Shown here one piece after another: positions 17,328 to 26,457 of a stretch of DNA of 31,504 nt (position 1 is the first letter of the stretch; each line of letters starts with the position of its first letter). The stretch is taken from positions 1 through 31,504 of the IMG/VR virus record IMGVR_UViG_3300032257_000079; one strand, given 5' to 3'. Source of the stretch: a virus. Its lineage: Duplodnaviria; Caudoviricetes. Below the pieces are notes generated by a model. It had not been told where the DNA came from. It worked only from the letters and a program-made list of their open reading frames with translations, and did no database searches. The position numbers were made by a program, and so were the translations under genes.

Positions 17328-17708
17328 ATGCCCACGCTTAATGCCCACGATAATTTCACAGCCATTGAACTTTTACCCGCCGTCCGCCGCACGGCCAGTG
17401 CCAACGGTGGTGGCGTCGATATGCGCGACTATGTCGGCAAGGTCAAAGTTATTTTGGCCTCGTCCGCCGGTGGCGGCGTGGATCACACGCTGGACGTCAA
17501 ATTACAAGACAGCCCTGATAATTCGACGTTCACGGATATAACGGGTGCTGTTTTTACTCAAATTACCAATGCTGCCGATTTGACAGAAGATTTAGGTATC
17601 AATATCGATGGCGCGGCCCGCTACATCCGGGCGGTGGTCACCATTGCCGGTACATCGCCCGTGTTTGATTGTGTTGTTCTCGGCGTTGGCCGTAAACAGA
17701 CCGTCTAA
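17328..17708 (+). CDS. Probable capsid decoration/cement protein
   Basis: Beta-rich, LDVKLQDSPDNSTFTDI...RYIRAVVT pattern; position after capsid. Confidence 0.65.
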   Translation: MPTLNAHDNFTAIELLPAVRRTASANGGGVDMRDYVGKVKVILASSAGGGVDHTLDVKLQDSPDNSTFTDITGAVFTQITNAADLTEDLGINIDGAARYIRAVVTIAGTSPVFDCVVLGVGRKQTV

Positions 17709-17711
17709 AAC

Positions 17712-18011
17712 ATGGCTATTGAAACCGATGCCGATCGTCTGGAATTCTTTGACGCCGATGAATTTGGTGTGGTTGCTATTTATGACGGCTCGGTATCGGT
17801 GTCCGGTTTGTTCGAAAACGAATTTCTGGGCGTTGATATCGGGGCTGCGGTTCCGATCGAAAGCACGCGTCCGGTTTTTACTTGCCGGGCGTCTGACGTT
17901 TCCGGCATCACCCACGGAAAAATAGTGCTGATCAACACCGTCACCTACACTGTTCAAGGCGTTGAGATCGATGGTACCGGCATTGTTAAACTGGTATTGG
18001 AAAAACAATAA
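17712..18011 (+). CDS. Head-tail attachment protein (gpFII-like)
   Basis: FFDADEFG...DGTGIVKLVLE; position in head-tail block. Confidence 0.75.
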   Translation: MAIETDADRLEFFDADEFGVVAIYDGSVSVSGLFENEFLGVDIGAAVPIESTRPVFTCRASDVSGITHGKIVLINTVTYTVQGVEIDGTGIVKLVLEKQ

Positions 18012-18460
18012 TGGCTGATCATGTGCGCCAACAAATCCGCGATGCGGTCGTGACGCTGGTCACCGGCCTGACCACAACCGGCACCAACGTGTTCGCCAGC
18101 CGTGTCTGGCCGATCCAGCCCGCGTCCCTGCCCGGATTGCTCGTTTATCTTGAACGTGATGACGTCGAATATGTCACCATGGGCCTTGGCAACCGACGTC
18201 AGGCGCGGACCGCTGAAATTATTATCGAGGCCCTTGTTCAGGGCACATCAAATATTGACAATACGCTTGACACAATTGGCAAGGAAGTCGAAACGGCCTT
18301 GGCCGCCGATCCGGTGTTGTCCGGTTTGGCCAAGGAAATCCGTCTGGACAGCGCTGAATTTACCTTCGAAGGTCAAGGCGAAAAACCGCTGGCTTCAAAC
18401 CGGATGACGTTTTCGGTCGATTATCAAACCGCTGAAAATGATCCGACTGTGGTTATTTAA
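18011..18460 (+). CDS. Tail terminator protein (gpU-like)
   Basis: HVRQQIRDAVV...VFASRVWP...LDTIGKEVETAL. Confidence 0.75.
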   Translation: MADHVRQQIRDAVVTLVTGLTTTGTNVFASRVWPIQPASLPGLLVYLERDDVEYVTMGLGNRRQARTAEIIIEALVQGTSNIDNTLDTIGKEVETALAADPVLSGLAKEIRLDSAEFTFEGQGEKPLASNRMTFSVDYQTAENDPTVVI

Positions 18461-18473
18461 AAAGGGAAAATCA

Positions 18474-18692
18474 ATGAAACTGATCAAAATGTACCCGCCC
18501 GCTGGCGCGGGCAGTGTCGAAGTCATGCCTGACAATGTCGAACTGATGATCCGGCGCGGCTGGTCGGAAACCCCGCCCGCGCCATCAGACCCGGTCCTTG
18601 CGGACTCCGGTCAACGCCCAGATAAAGGCAAAAATCCAGCCAAGAAACGTCCAGCCAAAAATGACGTTAACCGCGGTGATGGCGGCTTTTGA
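18474..18692 (+). CDS. Small hypothetical protein; 3' half overlaps imm antisense
   Basis: AAGGG RBS; VEVMPDNVELMIRRGWSE motif; C-terminal half in register with antisense imm. Confidence 0.55.
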   Translation: MKLIKMYPPAGAGSVEVMPDNVELMIRRGWSETPPAPSDPVLADSGQRPDKGKNPAKKRPAKNDVNRGDGGF

Positions 18693-18791
18693 ATGATGGT
18701 CCCGATAAAACGCAATGCCCATGGGAAAAAAATAAACCGCGCCAATGACCAGTGAAATCAACACCCCGGTCGTCATATCCATATTTTCCAT
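18585..18791 (-). CDS. imm: Superinfection immunity protein (T4 Imm-like membrane protein)
   Basis: YFFPMGIAFYRDHHSKAAITAVNVIFGWTFLGWIFAFIWAL matches the YFLP.IIA..R.H....I...N...GWT..GW...L.WA Imm signature; AAGGA RBS before ATG 18791. Confidence 0.9.
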   Translation of the reverse strand: MENMDMTTGVLISLVIGAVYFFPMGIAFYRDHHSKAAITAVNVIFGWTFLGWIFAFIWALTGVRKDRV

Positions 18792-18843
18792 TATCAATCC
18801 TTTTAACAGTTGCTTGTAATTTTATAACACAGGAGTATTTAAA

Positions 18844-19236
18844 ATGGCAAATCATACCGGTTCCGAAGGAACCGTCAAAATAGGCACCAACACGGTTGCC
18901 GAAGTCAAATCATGGTCGATCGACGAAACAGCCGATACCATCGAAGATACCGCCATGGGCGATACGGACCGGACCTATAAAACCGGTTTGAAAAGTTGGT
19001 CGGGCTCGATGGACTGTTTCTGGGATGAAACGGATACCACCGGTCAGGGCGCGCTGACCACCGGTGCCAGTGTGACCTTGGCCGTTTACCCCGAAGGCGC
19101 GGTGTCCGGTGACACTTATTTTTCCGGCACGGCTCTGGTTACCGGAATTTCCCGGCAAGCCGCCCTCGACGGCATGGTCGAGGCTTCATTCTCATTTCAG
19201 GGAACAGGTGCCCTGACTGAAACAACGGTGATTTAA
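18844..19236 (+). CDS. Major tail (tube) protein
   Basis: AGGAG RBS; VAEVKSWSIDETADTIEDTAMGD...GLKSWSGS...SFSFQGTGAL. Confidence 0.88.
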   Translation: MANHTGSEGTVKIGTNTVAEVKSWSIDETADTIEDTAMGDTDRTYKTGLKSWSGSMDCFWDETDTTGQGALTTGASVTLAVYPEGAVSGDTYFSGTALVTGISRQAALDGMVEASFSFQGTGALTETTVI

Positions 19237-19563
19237 ATGCGCGCCATTGAAAAAGTTACCGCACATTTTCAGGATCTTGAAACGGCTAAAATAATCGTCC
19301 CCGAATGGGATGATCTTGAAATTTTCGTATCGCCGATCACATTGATGCAGCGCCGGAAACTTAAACAAAAATCGGATAAAACCGACGATGTCGGCGCGGC
19401 CATTGAAACCATTATCCTGCTGGCCATGGACAGTAATGGTGATCCGCTTTTTACCGTCGAAGACAAGCCGGATATGATGCGTTCGGCGGCGGCGGACATT
19501 GTTGGCCGTGTCGCCAACGAAATTTTAACGGCGCACGATAACGCGGACGCGGAAAAAAACTAA
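19237..19563 (+). CDS. Tail assembly chaperone (gpG-like)
   Basis: Between tube and tape measure genes; ends EKN on slippery GGAAAAAAAC. Confidence 0.8.
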   Translation: MRAIEKVTAHFQDLETAKIIVPEWDDLEIFVSPITLMQRRKLKQKSDKTDDVGAAIETIILLAMDSNGDPLFTVEDKPDMMRSAAADIVGRVANEILTAHDNADAEKN

Positions 19564-19688
19564 AAAGCGACCCCACCCTGCAAATCGCCATGGCACTGGC
19601 CGACCGGTGGGGTCGCCCGATTAACGATATTCTTGAAATGACGGAATACGAAATGCAGCTTTGGCAAGTCTTTTTGAAACGGAAATAA
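19554..19688 (+). CDS. -1 frameshift extension of the tail chaperone (gpGT-like)
   Basis: A AAA AAC heptamer at 19554-19560; -1 frame reads LKSDPTLQIAMALADRWGRPINDILEMTEYEMQLWQVFLKRK to TAA 19686-19688, 3 nt before the tape measure ATG. Confidence 0.8.
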   Translation, partial: KKLKSDPTLQIAMALADRWGRPINDILEMTEYEMQLWQVFLKRK

Positions 19689-19691
19689 TCG

Positions 19692-21503
19692 ATGGCAAAA
19701 AAGAATTTGGAATTTGGCATCAAGGCCAAAGACAAAACCGGTGAAGCCTTTGATTCCGTCAAAACCCGGTTGCAGGGCCTGAAACAAGGGCTGGGTGGTG
19801 TCAAGGCGGCCATCGGCGCGGCCTTTGCGGTCGCCGCCGTTGCGGCCATCGGCAAATTTATATCATCGACCATCGATGCCGGGGATGAATTGCAAAAACT
19901 GTCCGTTCGGTTGGGGGCATCGACCGAGGCCCTTTCCCAGTTGCAGTTTGTCGCTGATATTTCCGGTGTATCCATGGGGCAAATGACCAATGGCCTGAAA
20001 AAACTCGGTAAATCCGCGTCCGATGCCAGCCTTGGATTGTCAACCCCGAAACGGGCTTTTGATCAATTGGGCTTGTCCGTTGACAGTTTTAAAAAATTAC
20101 GACCGACGGACCAGTTTCTGACGCTGGCGGACGCGTTGGAAGGCGTCGAAAATCCGTCTGATCGCACGCGAATTGCCATGGATCTGATGGGCCGCGCCGG
20201 GGTTGATTTGCTGTCGGCCATGGACGGTGGCGCGGATGCCATCCGCGGCCTGATGAAAGAAGCCGACCAGATGGGTCTGACAATGACCCGCGTCGAAGCC
20301 GACAATATGGCCAAATTCAACGACACCCTGACCCGTATGGGCGGATCGGTGAAGGGCTTCGGTCAGCGTATTGTTATCAATATGTTGCCGGCCTTGAATT
20401 CCATGGCCGAATGGTTTTCGTCGATCCTGCCGAAAGCGGCGGATGTTTTTACGGATTACCTGAAATTTGTCGTCAATTTCTGGACCGAAGCCTTGCAAAA
20501 ATTTATCGATGGCTTGTCCTTTGTGGCGGACCTTTTGTCCAATTTGCCGCTGGTCGGGGACAAATTCAAGGAATGGTCAACGTCGCTGGACAATACCAGC
20601 CTGTCGCTTGAAAATTTTCAGACAAAACTTAAACAAACCGGATCATCAACCACAGAAGTGACGACCAAGGTTCAGGAACAATCCGCCGTTTTAACCGATA
20701 CTTATGCCCCGGCTGTTACCACGGCGACACAGGCCACATCCGAACTTGACCGCGCCGCGCGCCGGGTCAAGGCGTCGATTGCAACCCCGATGGAAAATCT
20801 GAACAAAGAACTGGCGACACTGGATGAATTGCTGGCGGCGGGAAAACTGACCTTTGATGAATATGGCCGCGCCGTTGAAAAGGCGTGGGACAAGGTCGAG
20901 ACAAAAACCACCGCCGTTAGTGAAAAAATCAAAACCAAGACCGAAGACACCTGGACCCGTGCCGGAGATTCAATCGAAAGTTTTGTTAAACGCGGCGAAT
21001 TTTCACTCGACGGCTTTAAATCGACGGCTTTCGGTATTCTCGAAGACATCGCCAAAAACTGGATTGATAAAATGATCGGACTTCCGGGTCCGGGTGGTGG
21101 CGGCGGTGGTGGTGGTAGTTTTGATTTTGGCAATATCGTCGGCAGCATCGGTGATTTTTTCGGCTTTGCCAAAGGTGGTGTCATGTCGTCATCGGGGCCG
21201 TTGCCGGTGCAATCTTACGCGTCCGGTGGTGTTGCCACATCGCCGCAACTGGCCGTGTTTGGAGAAGGTGCCAGAAACGAAGCCTTCGTCCCCTTGCCGG
21301 ACGGAAAACGCATCCCCGTCGCTTTGCAGGGGCAGGGCGCGGGCAGCATGGTTGTCAATCAAACCCTGAACATCACAACCGGGGTCCAGCAAACCGTCCG
21401 CGCCGAACTGATGCAGATGATGCCGCAAATTATCGCGGCGACAACATCCGGGGTCGAAGACGCGCGGCGCCGCGGCGGTAATTTTGCCCAGGCTTTTTCA
21501 TAA
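19692..21503 (+). CDS. Tail tape measure protein
   Basis: Ala/Gly-rich helical protein, IKAKDKTGEAFDSV N-terminus, FAKGG...FGEG..EAFVPL C-terminal motif. Confidence 0.92.
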   Translation: MAKKNLEFGIKAKDKTGEAFDSVKTRLQGLKQGLGGVKAAIGAAFAVAAVAAIGKFISSTIDAGDELQKLSVRLGASTEALSQLQFVADISGVSMGQMTNGLKKLGKSASDASLGLSTPKRAFDQLGLSVDSFKKLRPTDQFLTLADALEGVENPSDRTRIAMDLMGRAGVDLLSAMDGGADAIRGLMKEADQMGLTMTRVEADNMAKFNDTLTRMGGSVKGFGQRIVINMLPALNSMAEWFSSILPKAADVFTDYLKFVVNFWTEALQKFIDGLSFVADLLSNLPLVGDKFKEWSTSLDNTSLSLENFQTKLKQTGSSTTEVTTKVQEQSAVLTDTYAPAVTTATQATSELDRAARRVKASIATPMENLNKELATLDELLAAGKLTFDEYGRAVEKAWDKVETKTTAVSEKIKTKTEDTWTRAGDSIESFVKRGEFSLDGFKSTAFGILEDIAKNWIDKMIGLPGPGGGGGGGGSFDFGNIVGSIGDFFGFAKGGVMSSSGPLPVQSYASGGVATSPQLAVFGEGARNEAFVPLPDGKRIPVALQGQGAGSMVVNQTLNITTGVQQTVRAELMQMMPQIIAATTSGVEDARRRGGNFAQAFS

Positions 21504-21522
21504 AATGGCTTTTTCATAAAAT
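21491..21522 (+). repeat. 16-bp tandem duplication at the tape measure / distal tail junction
   Basis: GGCTTTTTCATAAAAT at 21491-21506 and 21507-21522. Confidence 0.9.
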
Positions 21523-22144
21523 GGCAATTACTTACCCTTTATCGCTACCGGATATCACCCGTATCATGGAAGTTGAAATTACGGCGTCATCGGTGGTCGC
21601 GGAATCCATCGATCCGTTTACGGCTGTATCTGATATTCAGGAGCATTCCGGGCAATGGTGGCAAGCCATCGTTAATTTGCCAATGATGCAGCGCGGTGAA
21701 GCCGCCGATTGGATCGCGTTCCGGCTGAAACTGAACGGGAAAAAAGGCACATTTTTATTGGGTGATCCGAACGCGCAAACCCCGCGCGGTACGCCCGTGG
21801 GCACGCCGTTGGTGAACGGCGCACAGGCTTCGCAAAGTGCGGAACTATCGACCAAGGGCTGGACCGCGAACGCTTTCGGTGTGCTGTTGACCGGCGATTA
21901 TATTCAATTAGGCACGGGTGCGACTGCACGTTTGCATCAAATTTTAAATGACGTCACCGCCGACGCATCGGGGTTGGCAACGATCGACATCTGGCCGCGC
22001 CTTCGGGCGTCGGTCACGGACGGTGCTGCCATCACCACCAGTAACTGCATGGGTGTGTTCAGGCTGGCGTCCAACACCATGCCAACACCGATTAATGTTG
22101 ATGGTTTTTACAATCTGACGTTCGCAGCCCGCGAAGTCATTTAA
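21521..22144 (+). CDS. Distal tail protein-like
   Basis: First gene after TMP; MAITYPLSLP...WIAFRLKLNGKKGTFLLGDP. Confidence 0.7.
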   Translation: MAITYPLSLPDITRIMEVEITASSVVAESIDPFTAVSDIQEHSGQWWQAIVNLPMMQRGEAADWIAFRLKLNGKKGTFLLGDPNAQTPRGTPVGTPLVNGAQASQSAELSTKGWTANAFGVLLTGDYIQLGTGATARLHQILNDVTADASGLATIDIWPRLRASVTDGAAITTSNCMGVFRLASNTMPTPINVDGFYNLTFAAREVI

Positions 22145-22160
22145 CTAAAACGGATTTAAT

Positions 22161-22718
22161 ATGTCTGAACGCACTTTGACGACGGCGGTTAAAAACGCGC
22201 TGAACGTTGCTGAAAAACGCCCGTTTATCATGGTCGAAATGGATTTTTCGTCTTCACCACTTCGCCTTTGGACCGGGACGGGATCATTAACATGGGACAG
22301 TAAAACGTGGACGGGTTCAGGCGATATGGGCACCATCAGTCCCATCGAAGAAACCGATGACGTGCGCGCAACCGGGCTGTCGTTGACGTTAAACGGTATT
22401 GATGCCGCCCTGATTTCAACGGCTTTGGGTGAAAAATATCAAGGCCGGGCGGTTAAAATCTGGCTTGGTTTTTTTGATGATAACTGGGCGGTGATTGCCG
22501 ATCCGGTGCTGGTTTATACCGGGCGCATGGACATCATGAATATTGCCGAATCCGGTGATACGGCATCGATCACAGTCAAGGTTGAAAACCGCCTGATTGA
22601 TCTGGAACGGCCCCGCGAACGCCGTTACACGGACGAAGACCAGAAAATCGATTATCCCGGTGATCTGGCTTTTGAATATGTCGCCGGGCTTCAGGACGCG
22701 CGTTTCAAATGGGGATAA
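22161..22718 (+). CDS. Minor tail/hub protein (gpL-like)
   Basis: LRLWTGTG...YQGRAVKIW...GRMD...RYTDEDQK..YPGD..FEYV. Confidence 0.75.
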   Translation: MSERTLTTAVKNALNVAEKRPFIMVEMDFSSSPLRLWTGTGSLTWDSKTWTGSGDMGTISPIEETDDVRATGLSLTLNGIDAALISTALGEKYQGRAVKIWLGFFDDNWAVIADPVLVYTGRMDIMNIAESGDTASITVKVENRLIDLERPRERRYTDEDQKIDYPGDLAFEYVAGLQDARFKWG

Positions 22719-23179
22719 AATTAATCCGCCGCACCGATTGGCAATCCCGTCTGGGCGATTATCTGGCCGGGTCGGATGGGCGATTTAAATGGGGAAATTG
22801 TGACTGTTGCCTGGCTGTTTGTGATGCCGTTATGGCGATGACGGGTGTTGATCCGGCGGAATGGTTTCGTGGCCGCTATCAGACAGAAAAAGGGGCTTAT
22901 AAAATGCTCGGTGAATTTTTAACAATGAACAAAGTGGATGTGCCTGCCGGGTTTTCAAACCGTGTTCGCGCCATGACGGCTGTGATCACAAAATCAATCA
23001 GCGCTATTGAAACCCCTGTTCTTCATGCCGGGCGCGGCGATATCGCCTTGTTGCCGTGCGGTGAAAACAGGGCGTCGGGTTTGGGTATTGTTGTTGGTGA
23101 CCGGGTGTTGACGCCGGGGTTGTCCGGTTGGGTCGCAAACTCATTGCCGGTTTGTGAAACTGTTTGGAAAATCGGCTAA
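22709..23179 (+). CDS. NlpC/P60-like tail assembly protein (DUF6950/gpK-like)
   Basis: FKWGNCDCCL...AMTGVDPA..FRGRY...GRGDIAL. Confidence 0.75.
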   Translation: MGIKLIRRTDWQSRLGDYLAGSDGRFKWGNCDCCLAVCDAVMAMTGVDPAEWFRGRYQTEKGAYKMLGEFLTMNKVDVPAGFSNRVRAMTAVITKSISAIETPVLHAGRGDIALLPCGENRASGLGIVVGDRVLTPGLSGWVANSLPVCETVWKIG

Positions 23180-26100
23180 TGGCATCTGCAATCGTCACCG
23201 CTATCGCCACTAAAATCGCTGAAACAACGCTTGCTAGCTTTGTTGTTGATGCACTTTTATCAGCGGTTGTTTCCACGGTGTTCAGCGCGGTCACCGGTGC
23301 TTTTTCGAAAAAACCAAAATCCCCGTCTATTGGAAATATTTCGAACCTAGGCCGTGACCGGACGTTAAATGTCCGCCAGCCGGTCACACCGCGTCAGGAA
23401 ATATTCGGCGAAGTCCGCGTCGGGGGGCCAATGACATTTTTACACGCCACTGATGACAAAGAATTTTTGTACATGATGATCCCCCACGCTGATCACCAGG
23501 TCGAACAGCTGGGTGATTTGATGATTGATGATAAAATCGAAACGTTTGACCCGATCACCGGGGCTGCCACCGGGAATTATTTAGGCGTGATGTGGATCGA
23601 AAACAATCTGGGTATGGAAACGCAAGCCGCCAGTACGATGTTGACGACAGATATACCGACCAAATGGACGTCCAGCCACCGCGCCCGCGGGGTCGCTTAT
23701 ACCGCTGTTAAATTAAAAGCCGATCAGGATAAATTTGGCGGGCAGGTACCGAATATTTCGCGCATCGTCAAAGGCCGCAAATTGTACGATCCGCGCGATC
23801 CCGGTACCGCCATTGTGTCCAGTGCCGCCGGGGGCACGGATTATGCGTTGATCACCACATCGACATCCCATGGCTTGACAGCCAATGACCGTGTGTTTAT
23901 CCGTGGCCACAGCGGGGCTGTTCCGTCTTTGGCCGGCGACTATTTGGTCGACAGCGTGGTTGATGCGACAAGTTTTAAAATTTTTATCGGTGACAGCCAA
24001 GCCATCACCACCGGCGGCACCGGCGGTACGGTCACAAAAATGACATGGACCGACAATGCCGCCTTGTGTCAGGCGTATAAAATTGTTGATGGCAAATATG
24101 GTCTTGATGCCGATTTTGACAGTGAAATTGATGAAACCAGTCTGATTGCACAAGCCAATATCTGTGATGAAATGGTCGCTGTTACTGAACGCACATTTAC
24201 GTTCACGGCGGATGCCGCCACCGATGCCCTAACCCGCGACGATGCCACCTCCCATTATTTACAGGTGGGTGATAAAGTCTGGCTGTCGTCCACCGGGACC
24301 CTGCCGGGCGGCCTGTCCGCCAGCACCGATTATTATTTGACCCGCACCGGACCTGATACCTTTACATTGGCGACCAGTCTGGCCAATGCCCGGGTTGGCA
24401 CCCCAACCGATATCACATCGGCGGGCACAGGTATCCATACCCTGACCCGCAAAGCCGAACCACGGTACTGTTGCCGCGGAACTGTTGACAGCGCCCGCCG
24501 TCCGCGTGAATGGCTGGGCGAAATGTTAACGGCCAGTGCAGGCCGGGCCATTAATACCGGCGGATCGAACTGGCGACTTTATGCCGGGGCTTATGACACG
24601 CCGACCATATCGCTGGATGAAACCGATTTGCGTGGTCCCATCACCGTCACCACCCGGCAATCAAGGCGCGCGCTGGCCAATGCGGTCAAAGGTGTTTATG
24701 TCAACCCGGACGACAACTGGCAACCGACGGATCTGCCACCGGTCACATCCATAACGTATAAAGCCGAAGACAACAACGAACGGATTTACCGCGACATCGA
24801 TGCGCCTTACACCACATCGGCGACGGCCGGGCAACGCCTTGAAAAAATTGTGCTTGAAGAAGGCCGTCAACAAATAACCTGTAAATTAAAATGTAAACTT
24901 TCAGCCATCCGGGTCATTGCCGGGACCACGGTCACAGTGACAAACAACCGTTTTGGCTGGTTATCGAAACCGTTCCGGATTATGAATTGGGCATTTTCTA
25001 CGGATCGCGACAGCGAAGGTGCGCCTTATTTGGGCGTTGATCTGACGCTTCGTGAAACGGCGACCACGCTGTGGGATTGGGACCCATCATTGGAAGAAAC
25101 GACGGTCGATCCGTCGCCTGATACCAACCTGCCAAGCGGCCTTGACGTCACGGCCCCGACTTCATTAACACTAACGAGCGGCACATCGGAACTGTTGACA
25201 CCAACCGACGGCACCATTGTATCTAGATTGAAGCTTTCATGGGCGGCGCCAACCGATGCATTCGTGACATCCGGTGGCTGGATCGAATGGCAGTATAAAA
25301 AATCCGCCGACAGTATCTGGACCGATGGCGAGGCCTTGCCCGGTATCGCTATTGAAATTTATGTTTCACCGGCCATCGATGGTATCAGTTACGATGCCCG
25401 CATCCGATCCCGTAATTCCATTGGTGTCCGGTCCACGTGGGTGACGGTCACCGGCCACACGGTGGTTGGTAAAACCGCATTGCCAAACGATGTGGCAACG
25501 TTATCGGCCCAACAAAACGGCACGGTGGTGACGTTCAAATGGTCGGCGATTTCGGACGTTGACCGCACCGGGTACGAACTGCGTTATGCACCGCGCGGGG
25601 CGTTTGATTTTGGTAATGCCACGGTTTTATCCAAAGAAACCAAAGGCACGCTAGTCACAAACGCGGGTCTGCCACCGGGCGACTGGACGGTGGGGATCAA
25701 AGCCATTGATACAAGCGGCAATTATTCGAACGCGGCCACAACATACAACATCATTGTCACCAACACTTATGACGTAGTGGCATCGCTGGCTGTGGAAGCG
25801 GTGCGTTGGCCGGGCACAATGCCCGGGTTTTTGCGCCATGATGTGTCTGGAAAATTGATCCCTGATAGCAACACCTTGGCGTCCGCCATGTCTGATGCTG
25901 AACTGTGGGACCAGATGACGTTCGATCCGGTGTCGGCGGCGACTTACCAGGCAAAAAATGAAATTGATTTAGGCTTTGATGCCACGGGCGTGCGCGTCTG
26001 GGGTGATCTGACGGCTGAACTGGGGGCCGGGGAAATCGGTGTTGCCGATCCATTATTGCAAATCGATACGCGCAACGGCGCGGGCAGTTATGATGGCTTC

Positions 26101-26442
26101 GAAGACTGGAGCGTCGGCGATGTTGCGGCCCGGTACATCAAAGCCCGCGCTAAAATTGACACATCATCCGGGGTCGCCATGTTGTCGGGGTTTTTATTGA
26201 CAGCCGACGTGCCGGAGCGGTCGGAAAACGGATCCGGCCTGACGGTGGCGGCGGGCGGCACGGCGGTGACATTTGCCGATGTTTTTCATTCGGTGCCGGG
26301 TATTCAAGCCACCGCATCGGGCACGTCGGCCCGGTTTGCAACGTACGAAAATGCATCCAAAACCGGGTTCACGGTGCGGGTATTCGATGCCGGTGGTGTC
26401 GATGTCGGCGGTACCGTCAACTGGCAAGCCACCGGCGCATAA
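23179..26442 (+). CDS. Tail tip / central fibre protein (gpJ-like) with inserted domains and FN3-like C-terminal region
   Basis: TAATG-coupled start; IFGEVRVGG, GRKLYDPR, WTDNAALC, ANICDE, NAVKGVYVNPDDNWQ motifs. Confidence 0.88.
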   Translation: MASAIVTAIATKIAETTLASFVVDALLSAVVSTVFSAVTGAFSKKPKSPSIGNISNLGRDRTLNVRQPVTPRQEIFGEVRVGGPMTFLHATDDKEFLYMMIPHADHQVEQLGDLMIDDKIETFDPITGAATGNYLGVMWIENNLGMETQAASTMLTTDIPTKWTSSHRARGVAYTAVKLKADQDKFGGQVPNISRIVKGRKLYDPRDPGTAIVSSAAGGTDYALITTSTSHGLTANDRVFIRGHSGAVPSLAGDYLVDSVVDATSFKIFIGDSQAITTGGTGGTVTKMTWTDNAALCQAYKIVDGKYGLDADFDSEIDETSLIAQANICDEMVAVTERTFTFTADAATDALTRDDATSHYLQVGDKVWLSSTGTLPGGLSASTDYYLTRTGPDTFTLATSLANARVGTPTDITSAGTGIHTLTRKAEPRYCCRGTVDSARRPREWLGEMLTASAGRAINTGGSNWRLYAGAYDTPTISLDETDLRGPITVTTRQSRRALANAVKGVYVNPDDNWQPTDLPPVTSITYKAEDNNERIYRDIDAPYTTSATAGQRLEKIVLEEGRQQITCKLKCKLSAIRVIAGTTVTVTNNRFGWLSKPFRIMNWAFSTDRDSEGAPYLGVDLTLRETATTLWDWDPSLEETTVDPSPDTNLPSGLDVTAPTSLTLTSGTSELLTPTDGTIVSRLKLSWAAPTDAFVTSGGWIEWQYKKSADSIWTDGEALPGIAIEIYVSPAIDGISYDARIRSRNSIGVRSTWVTVTGHTVVGKTALPNDVATLSAQQNGTVVTFKWSAISDVDRTGYELRYAPRGAFDFGNATVLSKETKGTLVTNAGLPPGDWTVGIKAIDTSGNYSNAATTYNIIVTNTYDVVASLAVEAVRWPGTMPGFLRHDVSGKLIPDSNTLASAMSDAELWDQMTFDPVSAATYQAKNEIDLGFDATGVRVWGDLTAELGAGEIGVADPLLQIDTRNGAGSYDGFEDWSVGDVAARYIKARAKIDTSSGVAMLSGFLLTADVPERSENGSGLTVAAGGTAVTFADVFHSVPGIQATASGTSARFATYENASKTGFTVRVFDAGGVDVGGTVNWQATGA

Positions 26443-26457
26443 ACCAAGGGGAAAATC

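Noticed and set aside
21092-21116. (GGT/GGC)n run in the tape measure gene
   Set aside because: In-frame poly-Gly linker with mixed codons, common in TMP C-terminal regions; no sign of phase variation
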